A DNA stretch of 64,000 nucleotides. Source: Cyanophora paradoxa CCMP329 (lineage: Eukaryota > Plantae > Glaucophyta). Position 1 is the first letter of the stretch, and every line of letters starts with the position of its first letter. This document shows positions 37,882-51,100 of the stretch, one piece after another. A program made the position numbers and the translations under genes. The stretch lies in assembly GCA_004431415.1 (NCBI GenBank), contig QPMI01000193.1, positions 116,787 to 180,786 on the forward strand, written 5' to 3'. The notes under the pieces were generated by a model that made no database searches, was not told the origin of the DNA, and saw nothing but the letters and a program-made list of their open reading frames with translations.

Positions 37882-38343
37882 ACGTGCTGTTAGTGTCCTT
37901 TAGAGGCATCAAATTGAAAAACCGCCTCGGCCATCTTGCTGCCCAAGGTCGAAAATGGGTATCTACGTCCAAAAATTTTGTCCTGAATCGCATTTTGAAT
38001 CCACGGACAGGACAGGCACAGACCTAAGGGCCTCTCCTTTCCCCAAGGCCGATTTCCATCGGCGAAGGGGAAGCAAGCTGGAACCAATGACAATCGCGCT
38101 TGTCCGTGAATGGGTGAATTGACTTTTTGTGCCAATGGCGATCGGGCTTGACGCGAACAATTTCGTTCGTACGTGCTGTTAGTGCATGTTAGAGGTGTCA
38201 CATTTGAAAAGTAGCGCCGCCATCGTGCTCCCTAGGGTCGAAAATGGGTACCTAGATCCAAAACTTTTGACCTGAATCGCATTTTGAATCCACTGACAAG
38301 ACAGGCACAGACCTAAGGGCCTCTCCTTTCCCCAAGGCCGATT
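37882..38343. repeat. Diverged ~173-bp direct repeats with 289-bp period
   Basis: ACGTGCTGTTAGTG...CCCCAAGGCCGATT at 37882-38054 and 38171-38343. Confidence 0.85.
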
Positions 38344-38371
38344 GCATGGAATTCGTAGGTGAGAGAGGGAA

Positions 38372-40735
38372 CTACGTCCTGCTCCTAGAGGCAGGCTTGC
38401 TGGGCACGAACCAGCCGTGGCCCGGCGGGGGAGACGGCGGGTCGCGGACTGGCGGGCCGGCGGGAGTGGCCGGGACCGCTGCGGCGGCGATCGCGGCAGC
38501 GACAGCGCCACCCGCATCGGGAGCATTGCCGGAGGCCGGCAGACCCGCGGGGGCGGGCGGGCCCTCGGGCTCGGCCGGGCGCGGCTGCGGGGTCATGGGC
38601 GGGGGAGACTCGGGCGCCGGCTCCTGCCGTGCCCGCTGGGGCGTGGGGTGGGGCGGCGTCGCCGGCTCGGGGGCGCCCTCCTCTCCCCCTTCCTCCCGCT
38701 CCCGCTTGATGCCCGAGATCGGCAGCGGGAGGACTCTCCGGGCGGGGGTAGAAGTAGCCGACGCGGCCTTGGGGGGCAAGGAGGCGGCCCGCTGGGGGGA
38801 GACGGGAAGCAGCGCCTGCGGCTGCAGCTCGGCTGCGGGGGCGATGCGGCGAGAGGGCCACACGGCAACAAGAAAGCGCGCCGTGCCACTGGCGTCGGCG
38901 TACCCCCCCGCGCCCCGGGCGGAGAGCTCCGAGAGGGGGGCGAAGGGCCACCCGCGACCCTCCTCGGCGAGGGATACCGGTTTGTCCGTCGCCTCGAACG
39001 TCAGGGTCCTCGCCTTGTCCTCGTTCAGGAGGCTGGGGTACAGCGTTAGAGGAGGCAGATGAGGGCAAAGCATCGGTTGCAGCGCACCTCATCGCGAATC
39101 GGGCGCTTTTGGGGGCAGACGCGGTGCGGATTTGAGAGCGCTGGCGCAGGTAGACGCCGAGGTGCGTAACTGCGAGCCACCAGGTCAGGCCCGGACCCGA
39201 CGGAGGCGGGGAGGGAAGAGGGGGCTGAGGGCGAACGTGGGGCATCGGGGTCCGAGCGCGCTCCCGGAGCACGGTCCGGGCATAGGGCGAGCTCCCTGAG
39301 GCATACCCCCGTCAGCGGTTGGGGAGGGCTTTGAGCGGGGGTACAGCAGACCAGGGAATGCTGGGGACCGAACAGTCGCTGGGGGCCGAGGCCCACTCCT
39401 CCACCTTCCCCCCGCGGATCTGCGCGGGGGACATCGATTCAGAGAATGGGAGGGATGGGGGTACAGCAACGGCAAGAGGGGTACCTGATCCGCCAACTTC
39501 GCGAAGCCCTTCACGGATACGACGAACGAGAGGAAGGCACCCTGGGGATACCAACATCTCAGTTTGGGGTACAGTATTTCACCGGGCAGAAGCGGGTACC
39601 GAGTTCTTCTGAGAGATGAGGATCTCCGGGTGCCGAGCGCAAACGCCGGAGCCGGAGCCCAAGCCCGAGCCCGAGCCCGCGCCCGAGCCCGAGCCCGAGC
39701 TCGAGCTCGAGCTGCTGGAGCTAGCATGCGCGATCGGGCCCGCCGTAGCCGCACTCTCCCTCGCCGCCGCCGCCTCGAGCTCAGCCTCCGCCGCCGCCAC
39801 CCGCGCCGCCGCCTCAGCCGCCGCCCGCTCCGCCGCCGCCGCCGACTCCTCCGCCGCCGCCCGCGCCGCCACCGCCGCGTTGTACCGCTCCGCGCAGCGC
39901 GCCCGGCACTCGCCTGCGCGCCGGCCGCGGATCGAATCGCGTTCGCCCGGCGGAGAAAGGCGGCGGGAGGGCGGCGCACGCTCGTGGGCGTCCCGCTCGC
40001 GGGCGAGGAGCAGCTCGCGGCACCCGAGGTCGGCGAACGCGCAGGGCCGCGGGAGGCTCCCGCACGCCTCCTCGTGCGCCTGCGCGGGGAGCTCGCGGCC
40101 GGCCGGGGGCCCGAGGCAGCGCGCGGTGCGGGGCCCGGCGGTCGCACCGGGAGGTCGGCGCGCCGGAGGAGCATCCCGCAGCCGCGGCACGCTGAGGCGA
40201 GGAACTCGCAGGCCGTCCCGTGCCCCGCCCGCTCCGAGAAGGGGCCACTCCACCCGCACCCGAGGGCGACGTTCGGGCAGCTGCCCGCCCGTCAGCGCAA
40301 GGCAGGCGCAGGCGGCGGCGCGCCCGCCGGCGGACCGCGAGGGGAGCCGGTCGATCTGCCGCTGCACGTACGGCATCGAAATGACCTGTTCGCGCTCGAC
40401 CTGCTTCCCGCACCTGCGGCATGCCCGTCGGCGGCGAGCGAGAGACGGGCGGCATCGGGCGCGGCGGGCTCACGCGGGGCACTTGGAAACCGCGCAACCT
40501 CCGAATAGGTCGTCCGCGCAACGCTTGCACACGCAGTGCTGCAGCGCACACGAGACGGAGACCTACGCGGCGGCTCAGCTGCAGCAACTTTGGCGCGAAG
40601 ACAATCAGGGCCGCGGAGGCTGACCGGCCAGGTTAGCACGTGCGTACAGAGGCCGCAGATGAGCTCTTCGTTGACATCGCCGAGAAAGATGTCTCGCGTG
40701 CGACGCTCTGGGGGGCTCCCGCTGTCGCTGGCCAT
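38372..40735 (-). CDS. TRAF-like E3 ligase, copy 1: C3HC4 RING, TRAF/SIAH zinc fingers, coiled coil, MATH-like domain, Pro-rich tail
   Basis: Spliced RING EELICGLCTHVLTWPVSVSCALQHCVCKRC..KCPxC. Fingers CPNVALGCGWSG..HGTAC, CRGCG..HEEAC and CAFADLGC..HE. Ala/Glu coiled coil. MATH-like FVVSVKGFAKL..WWLAV..LGVYL..GWPFAPLSEL..GY..RFLVAV. Confidence 0.8.
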
Positions 40736-42675
40736 CCGAGCCGGGGCGGCGCGTGCGGCGGTAAGAGGAAGTCGCGACAGTGTTCTTCGGAAAGATCGGA
40801 TCGGTCTGGCCGGCGCTCGTCGCGGCTGCTGCGAAGTACTGGCGCGCCCTGACGCAACTTTGAGCTGCGCGCTGGCTTGTTGCCGTTGAATAACTAGAGG
40901 CGAAGCCCGTCGCTAGAGGCTCGGGAGCTCATGCCATGGAAGTCCGAAGTCGATTAAGTTGGGTACGCGATTCCCGCGGCTTGGGAGTTGGGTCAAGCGC
41001 TCAACGTGCGTCGCACGGCCAGCTGCAGCGAACGCATAGCCCTAGCAGCGGTGGCCCTGTTCCCCGTCGCCATCCCATCCACGGTCGGTTCGACTGGCGC
41101 TGGAAATGACGCGCACCTCCGCATCCGCAGCAAGCCGCCGGAGCGTAAGGAGCTCGCGGACGTGCTCTCGTCCGTCCCGCCGTTGACGACGGAACCTGAG
41201 CCGGAGAACCTGCCGTCGTTCGATGAGCTGGTGTGCCGCGAAGCCTGCGCAGCCTCAGAGATCTAAAACGAGTCCCAGGCGCACGCACGTCTCGCTCGCT
41301 GAGGGACATGTGCCAGGTCTCCGCGCGCGCGCGGGAGGTGGAGAATTTGATCGAGAAGGATCCGGAGCTCGAGCTCCGCCGATCGAGGAGGACCAGACGG
41401 GCTCGCCGTTCGATGAAGACGAGCGCAACGAGGCGCTCGCAAAGGCCGCTCGGGAGCTCGTGCGTCCTTTCCGCGGCTCCGCGGCGGCTGATCGATATCC
41501 CTTGACTTGGGAATTCCCAACGCCAGAACGCTCCGGTCGTTCGAGCGTGCGTCCTCGGCCCTGGTTTTGAAAGCTTGTTCTTCCTGACGCCTCGCTTCGC
41601 TCTCCAGGCTCCTCCGCAAGGGCGCGTCGGAGTGGTTCAGCGGCTTCGAGGTCCGCGCGCGTCGGAATTCGATTCGATCTCGCGCGCGCCGCTGACGGCG
41701 CAGGCTCCAGGCGGAGGAGAAGAACGCGGTCTCGGCCCTCTTCCAGGCGGGATCCGGCGAAGGCAAAATGAGGGAGCGCGAGCACCCGCTCCTTGCTGGC
41801 CTCAACGCTGTCTACGTGCGCCGCGGCTGCGCCCCGGGCTATCGCGTACCCCCTCACCTGGCTCCCGTTCGTTTGCAGGATGATTCCTCGGAGCTCAACA
41901 CGGCCAGCTACAAGCTGATCCTGCGGGACTACCTCCGTGTCATCGGGGTAACCCTCGATTCCGCGTTCCCCCTCCTCTCGAGGACGCGCTCATACCCCGG
42001 GCCAGACTCGCGTCGACGAGATCCGTACCCTGCGGAGCAAGCGCACGTGCACTCTGGTCATGTCGATGATCGCTAAGTCGCAGCTCAACCTCGCTACGTT
42101 CGTACCCCGACCGCTTTGGGAGGGTTTCGGAGATCCGTCGCGTTGATGGCCGGGGTACGTCGATGCAGGTGGTACCTGCAGGGGTGCGATATCGCCCCCG
42201 CCCCGCGCAAGTTCCCCCCAGACCTCTACCTGGACGATGCGGGGTACGCTTTCGCGCATGCGCGTCGCGATCGGACCGCGCGCCCCGTAACCCCACGTCC
42301 GATGAAGGGAGTACCCCTACGTGGACAACGACGGGAACACGTTCCTCGACCACCTGTACGACAGCGACAGCGGGAAGCTCCGGTGCCGCCCCGCGTCCGC
42401 CTGAACCGCCCCCGCTCGTGCTCGAGCCCGGGGCGCCTGTGCAGCGAGTTCGTGGCGCTGGTGAAGGACGAGAGGACGCGCGCCGCGCTCCTCAACCACG
42501 GGCTCGCCTCCGCCGCCGGCGAGACCCTCCTCATGCGGGCGCGCCCTTCGCCCCCCCCCCCCCCCCCCCCCCCCCCCGCCACGCCCCCCTTCGAGAGACG
42601 CGCTGACCGGGCAGGGGCCGGGGCAGGCGTCGCGGCACGGGAACAGGGCGGCCTTGCGCGTCCTGCTCAAGTTCG
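38630..42675. repeat. Segmental duplication, copy 1 (paralog of ~52010-56151)
   Basis: Collinear, highly similar but clearly diverged sequence covering the TRAF-like gene, the divergent promoter and the first exons of the TRP gene. Confidence 0.93.
40936..42675 (+). pseudogene. Truncated 5' copy of the ankyrin-TRP channel gene
   Basis: Same exons as 54297-56150, cut within the first ankyrin repeat (..RHGNRAALRVLLKF|). Confidence 0.8.
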
Positions 42676-43129
42676 AATTTTTCGTTTCGAAATTTCGACA
42701 ATTCCGACGTCAACCTCAGTTTAATTTCGATTCCGACCTCCATTTTGATCGATCACATGTGCGAGACGATCACTTGTGCTTAGATCACTAGTGCTTATCA
42801 TGAGCCAGGGCGCAGACGTACATGTGCGAACATTAATATTGTTACGTTTATACTGCAAGTCAAAACAGCTAGCGTTACGTATACTGCTAGTAAGTTGCGC
42901 ATGCATATGCTATATATAGCTAGGTTAATTAGCTGTCATGATCATCTCGTGTACATGTCATGTCAGAATGCAGCAACTGCTCTGTATACGTACACAGCTC
43001 ACTTGCAATTGCACGTCCGTGCATGCGCACGTGCCCTTTCCCCGCAACGTGTGGCTATGGTATACGAATATATACGTATACGTATGGCACCGTACGCGTG
43101 TAGCGTGTACAATGATACTACAATCGATC

Positions 43130-45080
43130 ACAGCAAATCGCTATCTTCCGAGGGTTTGGGCACGCCTTTCCTGGCAGAGGAGAGGCCCCTTGGCTTTGGC
43201 TTTGGCGTTCTACTCTCTGGCTCGCGCCCTTGCGGACGCCTCGGTCCAGTCTTCTTGCGAGTTCCCTCCTCTGCATCCGTGCCGTCGCTGACTTGATCCC
43301 CCATTCGACCGGGAGTCCGTAGCGCTGGTTTGGACCGCCGTGCCGCACTCCTCGTCAGTTGCGTTTCTGCGGGCCAGGTCAGCGCAGCTTGCACAATTGT
43401 TTTCAAGCTACATCCACACCTTCATTTGCGTCGTCGTCCGACCCGGAAGTGGGGATACTTGCGTCGTCGTCGCTCGACACAGCAGCAGTGGCTGGTTTCT
43501 TCTTCTTCCTCTGCCCAACCTTCGGCGGTTTCAGGAACATGCGGTGCATGGAGAGTTGAGGCCAACAAACCTCGGTGCCTGGCACTTCTGGCCGACTGCT
43601 CGATGGAGTCCTCGAGGCATTCTCGTCGGTCTTCTTCTTGGCCTGCGCGCCAACCCGGCTATCGCCAGTTTTCGCAGTGCCTCCAGGTTTCCGAGCTCCA
43701 GCTGCACGTCCAACTCAGCCCGGATGCATGTGGTGGTTGCGGCAAGAGAAACGAACAAGTTTCAGATTCCGACATGCTCTCTTTCTGAACGGATGGCCGC
43801 TGACGGCGTGTCGAATTCAGCAACTCGATCGTGACGTCAGCAGGCTCTGCTGCCGCCGCCGCTGATCCTTTCCTCGTCGATGAGGCAGCTGCCGAAGTTC
43901 GTCGCAGAGGTGTCCTTGGAATTGCCTCGTTGTCCCCTGGCACTGTCGTATTGAAAATCAAATCGAAGCTAGATCTAGAGCTGAAGTCGGACCGGATTGA
44001 CTTGAGATATTAAACTAGTCAGCTAGTATTTGAAGACTTTCATTTGGAGATCCGGAGAGACTTTAATTTGGATTTCCGGTCTTCGATTTGGAGAGACTTC
44101 GATTTTAGGGGGAGTGACGAGCTCGACGGGAAAGGCCTAGGCCTGCTAAAAGTAGCAAAACCAAAAAGCCAAAAGCACGCACGGTTGAAGATCGACAGAG
44201 AGACTGCATTGCGCGTGGAGTGTGAGCGCAAGCAGACCCAAAAATCAGTTGAAGCGGGGTGCGCACATGGGAAGAGCTCCTCCGCATCCTCGAACTTCGC
44301 GAGGGTCTTCCCGTTGCGCAGCGCAGTCACCGAGCCGTGGCCGTCGCCAAGGGCGGCGGGGTCCACGAGGAAGAGCACGTCGCCAGCTGCATCCGTCTCG
44401 TCCATTCCGTCCACACGGGCGCCCTGCGGATGTCAGCTGCGGCCCTTTTAACCGCGTGGGGCGCGACGCACTGTCGCAGGGGAGAGGCTGAGGGCAAGGC
44501 CACTTGCAGGGGAGCCGTCCGGGTTCAGTACCCGCACGACGAGGGGAACCTTCTCCAGCTCGATGCTCTCCACCCGCTCTGCCCCTGCTGCAACTCGCAC
44601 TTGCGAAGAGACGATAGTAACAGCCTTCGCCATGACTTCTACGTTTTTCTCCCCTATTTCGGATTTGAAAGGTCAGTTTCCAATGCAGTTGCGCTCGCAT
44701 AAGCATGCACCAGGAAGAAGGCCAGTGAACTCCACTCTGGTGCTCAATTGCCGCCCCTTCTTTCGCTGCTCCTCGTTGCCTTTACGATCGAAGACAACAA
44801 TTGCAGCGCCCGGAATCTCCCACTGCCTGGAGCGAACGTCTGCATCTCTGCAACCCGAGAACTCGAGCTCCACCTGTGAAACCAGCCGAATCAGGTACTG
44901 ACGGTCAGAGAGAAGAAGAGAACCGTGAACCACAAGAGATCCGGAGCCAGCGGATGCCGAGCCCGTCGGAGACGCCCGCGGCTTGGCAGCAGCCATCGTG
45001 TCGGCAAACCTGCATTGCTTCAATGCGACTGCGACTGTCGTTCTGTGAGGTTTGAGGGCAAGCGCACGATCCAGCACGGC
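43130..45080 (-). CDS. Coding-like exons of unknown function, possibly the cytoplasmic tail of the upstream membrane protein or a separate relic
   Basis: ORFs 45077-44673, 44633-44448, 44414-44040, 43961-43659 and 43758-43531 have protein-like composition; their connection is not established. Confidence 0.4.
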
Positions 45081-45199
45081 TCTTCTGTGGCTCGGTCGGT
45101 GGCGGGATCTGTCTCAATCTCCGCAGCTTTGGAATGTAGCCATCCCACTGTGTGAAATAAGGACACTACAGGCACAGTAAGGATACACGAAGAGCGCAC

Positions 45200-48100
45200 G
45201 TAGAGACTGTACTCAGTAAGCGGCTTGAAGAGGTTGTGAACTGGGGCGAGGAAACTGCGGGGGCGGTTCTGAGTGACAACAACCGCTGTGTGACAGAAGT
45301 ACTGCGAGCTTACGCTGGGACAGGTTTCGCAAGCAAGCCGAAGTACACCCAGCAAGCGACTCCAACGAGAAGGAAGAATCCCGCAATCGAGCCGATGACA
45401 ATACCTGCAATGGCGCCCGCTGAAAGACCATCCGATGTGCCAGAGGATCCCGGCAGAGGGCTGGGTGCTGGCGCTGAGATGTTGGTTAACATAATGAGAA
45501 AGTGGCGATTCGTGGCTATTCATGATCATGCGGCTCACGAGTGTTAATGGTGATGGAGGAACTCTTAAGGGGCAACTGTGGAGAAAGCCAAGATCTGAAA
45601 ACCACGTAAGACTGTTGCAAAGCAACCGACAAGAATCAGAAGCGCACGTAGGAAGTGGAGTCTTCAGTTGTGACAGAACTTGAGACGGAGAAGTCTCGCC
45701 CGACGCAGCGGAAGCCAAGATTTCAACAACGACAATCACCGAGCCCGGTCGGATGCTCTGAATAATGAGCCTGTTCCTCGAAACCTTTGTTGATCCTTGA
45801 TTCAGATTCTGAAGAGAAATATAAGCTGTCAATGGGCGGTGAAAGGGGAGCCGGGTGCAGTACCTTGAAAACACGATCTAAAACAAAAGTCTCGAATGAG
45901 CTCGAAATCGAGTTGTACGGAATGTCGATCGTCAGGGACAGGAGTCTGAGAACAGCGATCAGATGATGGTATGTGTTACGAAACCGAGAGTGCATACGCG
46001 GAAGTCTCAGAAGGAGGCGGCCGATCGGGCGTTGGAGAAGGGGAGGGCGCGGCACCTGCAGTCGGATTGTTAAGCGAGAAAAAAGCACCATTGACGCCAC
46101 AGACCCAAAGCAAGATGCAGTGTGCCTGGAGGCACAGTGTCACGTGTCACGTCAACATGCAGAGTGGAATCCCCGGCCGTGTAGAGCAGAGTCACGTTCG
46201 ACTGCGTCAGGGCAGGGTTCCACGGAAGTGCCTGCAGCGTGGCAACGAGAGTGTTGTCGGGCGCTGCTGTCAAGGGGGCCACCAGTTGCAAGCCAGGTCC
46301 TAATAAGAACGGCTTGAAATCCTCCAGAGCTGCTTCGGTCCAAGGAGGCAGAGATCTCTGCACAACGACCGGAAAGAGTATGTGCGAGAAAACAATGGGC
46401 TGCCCCCCTCCACAAGAGTATGGCCCTGCAAGCCGTGCGACATCACGGATCACACATCAAAATATGCTGGGGCGGTGTACACACCTGAATCATTGGCGAA
46501 GAAGAGGGGTTCTGGAAAAGTCGATCCAAGCCAGTTCCCAGAGAAATATGGCCCGAGAGTTGTGAGAACAGCTTCCACAACTGAAGGCGGGTCTTGATCG
46601 TCGCTGGTCGGAGACACCTCAATCTGCCCACAAGGTCAGGGGCAGCAGAGCAAAAGAACATTTGTGGCGGGAGGCGACCTCCACTCCCACACGGCCCGCA
46701 GCTGTGGGAAAGGATTTGATGACAGCCAGCCGGCTTTGATTGACGCGAAGTTGGGCAGGAGCCCCTACAATTGCTGATGTGAGTGCAGAGAGAAGGGAGC
46801 CATCTGAAGGGTTGAACGAAGCGTATGGGTGCTGGAAAGAGAGTCTGATGAGTGAAGAAGCGGGCGATGACCGCTCTCGGCACGATGGTTGTGGTCCCAG
46901 CGAAACACGAGCAGCGATAATCGATGCATTCACAGATGCTACCGGGACGGTTGATGAGTCCTTCCATCGCACGCTCAGCGAAAGGGAGGTGCTGGCGGGT
47001 CCCAGCGGGTTGTGGAGGAAATCCACCGTGTATGGCGGAGCTGCTCCAGAAATCGAGCCAGCAGTACCAAAGGATGGTCCCCCATCAACGACGGCCAGCA
47101 GGTCGGAAGGGAGAAACGAGAGTACAGCCGTGCCCTTGACGAAGCAGCGCATTCTGCCTCCGTACGGAAGCCGCCTTCGCAAGCAATCGAGGGAGATGTT
47201 TTCCAAGTCCAGGATCGGCAATTCGACGCGCCACCCTTCTGACCCGCCATTCCACTTGACAGAGAGGATCACAGGTGAACCATCCGTTGCAGAAGGGAGA
47301 GCCGTGGCGTTGAAAGAAAGAGCATCGGACTGAAGTGGGCCGGGAGCAAGGAAACCAGATGGCGAGACAAGCGGGGAGAGAGAGAGGGATGACGACGAGG
47401 AACTAGCCGAAAGAAGGTCCAATGTAATGTTCCCGAAAACTGATCCGAGCAGCTTGCATGTTGCTGTCAAGCCTCGGCGCAGCCGTGCAGGCGTGCAGGT
47501 GAGCGAGCCATCAACAAGGTCTGCGCAGATCATTAGCCAAGAAGTTCAGGCAGAGAGAGCCGAGAGGGCGGAACAGGGCACCGTAGAGCCGCAGGGGGAT
47601 CGCGATGGTGCCCCCTCCAACGGTGGAGGAGAACTCGAGTACGAGGCCAGTGCTGGGCGAAGATGCGGTCGACGAGGTCACGACAACAGCGCTAAAAACT
47701 CCCTGCTGGAAACTCGTTGAATTGACCAATGTAGCTGAGCTGGCGGACTTGAGGCCTATGATGTCGCCGTTTTCCAAAGAGAAGCCTTGAGCGGGGGACA
47801 CTGTGGCAACGGTAAGGGAACAGATGACAGGGAGATGTTGGGGGCAGCACCAATGCAGGAGAAAGCGACACCTCGTCGAACAACGCCACTTCCGCACGCC
47901 GGTATCACGTCTGCAAAGGAAGCTGTTACATGATTTCCAAGCTTAAAACGGAGGAAGGGCTCAAGTGACCGAAGATAGTGAGAGAGGTCGACAGAGAAAG
48001 AGCTGATGAAGCAGAAGGTGAAGCAAACGCCCATTCCACTCCAATGGAGGTTTCGGGTGTTGAGAGGCTTGGCGAGATCAGAACCGTGAAGTTCAACGTG

Positions 48101-51100
48101 AGGCCAACCGGTGACAGCCAGCGCGCTGTTACGACCTGCCCGTCCACACGCACAGCAAGGTCCTCAGAAATGACCATCCCGAGTGCAGGGCCAAGCTGCA
48201 CGGCGCAGGTAATATTTGTGCCTCGGCGCACACGCCTGGGGCACATGAGTTGCGACCCGCTAGTGTCGCCACCTGCAGATTGCATCAAAAACGCATTGGT
48301 GGAGAAAGAGTGTCGAGGAGATGGATCACCTATTATTGTGAAGATGCGCTCTGGGACAGGGGTAAGGGAGTTGTCAGCCCATCTAAGGGCTAAGGTGAAG
48401 TTGGAGGCTTGGAAGCTGCTCGGGACGGTTACAGTGAAGTTCATGGAGTCCGACAGGACCAGATCTGAAATGAACTCCGAGACAACCAATCGCAGATCAG
48501 CGGCGCGCAATGATCCCACTGTAGATAGCTCCAGCCTGCATTTCACGCTCTGGCCTCGCTGCAGGCGGAACACATCACAAGCGATTGAGCCGGCTGCAAT
48601 ATCGAAAATTTCGTAGTCGACTGACGATGGGTGCGTGCCTGCTCCAATTACTCCTGTCCACATTGGCGTGATCTGGACGAACATGATTAACTAGTTACAG
48701 TAGCAACCACCCTTGAGAAGGGAACTGAATCACCGAGATGTTGGAGAATGTTGACGACGTGGACAGAGAAATGTTTGCGGTGGCCAAACTCGTGGTGCCT
48801 GAACTAGAGAGGGAGACAGGCGAACTGGTGCCAGCTTCTGGTGGGGTGATTGATAACGTTTCAGCCAGGTCCCCCGGCTGTAGCGCCTGGTCGTTCGGAT
48901 TGAGAGTTATTGCAGTCATCGTACACCTGCTCACAAAGTTAAAAAGAAGAATCGAAATCGACAGCGGAATCAGATACCGGATCAAGTCACTTCGACGAAC
49001 ACGTCCAGCCTCGGGTGTGCAAGCGAACGTGGCGCCTGTGCACTGTAGTAAGTTCTACTTCAAAATACAAATGGTGAAAACCGTCACATACCTATTAGGA
49101 ATAGTGCAGATTGGAGCGTGCCAGAAACACGAACATTGGCGGAGCCGCCAACCGCTGTGCGGTTCCAGACTGCAGACACCCGGAAGCTGCCAGACTGACG
49201 CACAGAGGAAGCTGTGAACGGAAGGACGAACACAGCAGTTGTGCTCGTAAATGACCCCAAGCGAGTTGGTGCAAATGTGCCTGTCCGAATTTGAAGTCAG
49301 CCAGGGAGTGGATAAACTACAGGTTGGCGGCACCTGCGGTGACATCTTCAGTCACAATGCCCTGAAAATCCGAAGCGTTCAAGTTCCCAACGGGAGTGCC
49401 ACTGAGGGTGCAGAGAACCGTTCCGCCTGCACAAGGTTTGCAAAGCAGGGCAACAAAGCATACAAGAAATCAAACATACCGGGTCGCACACGAGACGATG
49501 GGCACGAAAAGATGCTCTGTTGTAAATCTGTACGGCAAGAGATTAAGGTATGCAGCAAGCGCTAACGACAAGCATATGTGTTCAGTGCAGACCTACAAGC
49601 GACACAGGAAAGGACGATGACCGTGTTGCTGTGAGTACGGGCCCGCTCCCAACAGCTGAGGCCCAAGACAGACTGAGCGCTGTCAAGCTGGCTGTGGACG
49701 TTGCCGTGCTTGCAATTGGTGCGCTAAACGGAGGCGTGTGAGGTGAAGGTTGGAGCGCAAGGAAAGAGCAATAACATACGTGTAAGTGTAAGCGAATGTG
49801 AAAGACGAGTCGTTCGTCATCGCAAGGGCGCCAACATCGGGAACAGGGCGATTCAAGTTGCTGTCAAAATCGCCGGCCTGCAGGTCGCCCGGGAAGAACG
49901 TCTTCCCATCTGCTGCTGCGCCACATACAGTGGAGGCGCCGTAACGGAGTCGGGACGCTCGACATGAGAAGACGGCATCTGCAATCCGTGTTTCAAAAGC
50001 CAAACTCTAGGAGAGCAATTGATTCATTTTGGCATACCAATGACATGTGTGCGCGAGACTGGGGTGGGCACAATGGTTGATTGCTTCTCGTCCACACTCT
50101 GTTGATTGTGCTTGTATAAGAGGCCCACGTATAGTGCGAAAGCAGATTCACCTTGGTCCACCGGAAGTTATACTCAATCGCTCCTCGTGAAGCAGAGGGC
50201 GATACGAGAACGGTGAGAGTCGTCGGCGAAGTCGATTCGAGTACGCCGAAGCTGCTGTCAATTGCTCCAGACACTTCTATATCCGATTGAATCGCATTGC
50301 CAATCAACTGCGAAAAGCCAATAGTCAATAAAGCAAGATACTCGTTAATAATTCGTGAGAAATAAAAACAGATGTGAAGCATTTTCATACCTCGCACTTC
50401 ACAGAGCCGCCTCGGCGAACTCGAGATGTTTTAATTTCAATGGTTAGGTCCAGCAGAGCATCAATGCGAGAACTCGCTATGAAAGCCGAATCTTGGACAC
50501 CGTCTGGAAGGCACCGTCAAAATGCAAGGAGCGAAATGAGCGATTAAAAAGCAAGTTGGACGTAAACCCTGCACGCACAAGTCGCATTTGAGAACCAATT
50601 CAGGGAGATCTCCATACACGCAGCACCACCAGGGCAGGAAGTGGCGACAGCGGCATCAACTGCAAGCTGAACGGATACAGCTAGGCGAGATGTGCCCCCC
50701 ACTTCAGGAACAGCTGCATTCCCAAAAGCGTAGGGCCTGGTCGTGTGATCAATCTGCACATTTTCGTTACGACGTGCACGCATGCATGTCACAGGGGGAC
50801 GTCAACTCACTGCCGCCACCGCAAAATCTGTTGAAAGAAGGGATCCCAGAGCCACAGTCGCCGTCTGTACAGAGAGTTCAGTATCGCATAAATCATGTTC
50901 ACTCAAGAGGATGACGAACGGCTAAGCAGCGGACGCTGCCGTTCCGCCATGCACGCGTGGGGCAAACAAGGTTGGCTCCACTGAAGTCTGATGTAAACGC
51001 ACAATAAATATTACTCTATGTTACGCAACAAGCTCGCCCCCAAAAAAACTCACCTAGGACTTGAATCTGCCCACGTGCAAGGACAGGTGACTGTGCGGGG

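Noticed and set aside
38630-42675. Duplication as an uncollapsed assembly repeat
   Set aside because: The copies differ by many substitutions and indels and have reciprocal truncations, consistent with a real older event, though spanning reads are still needed.
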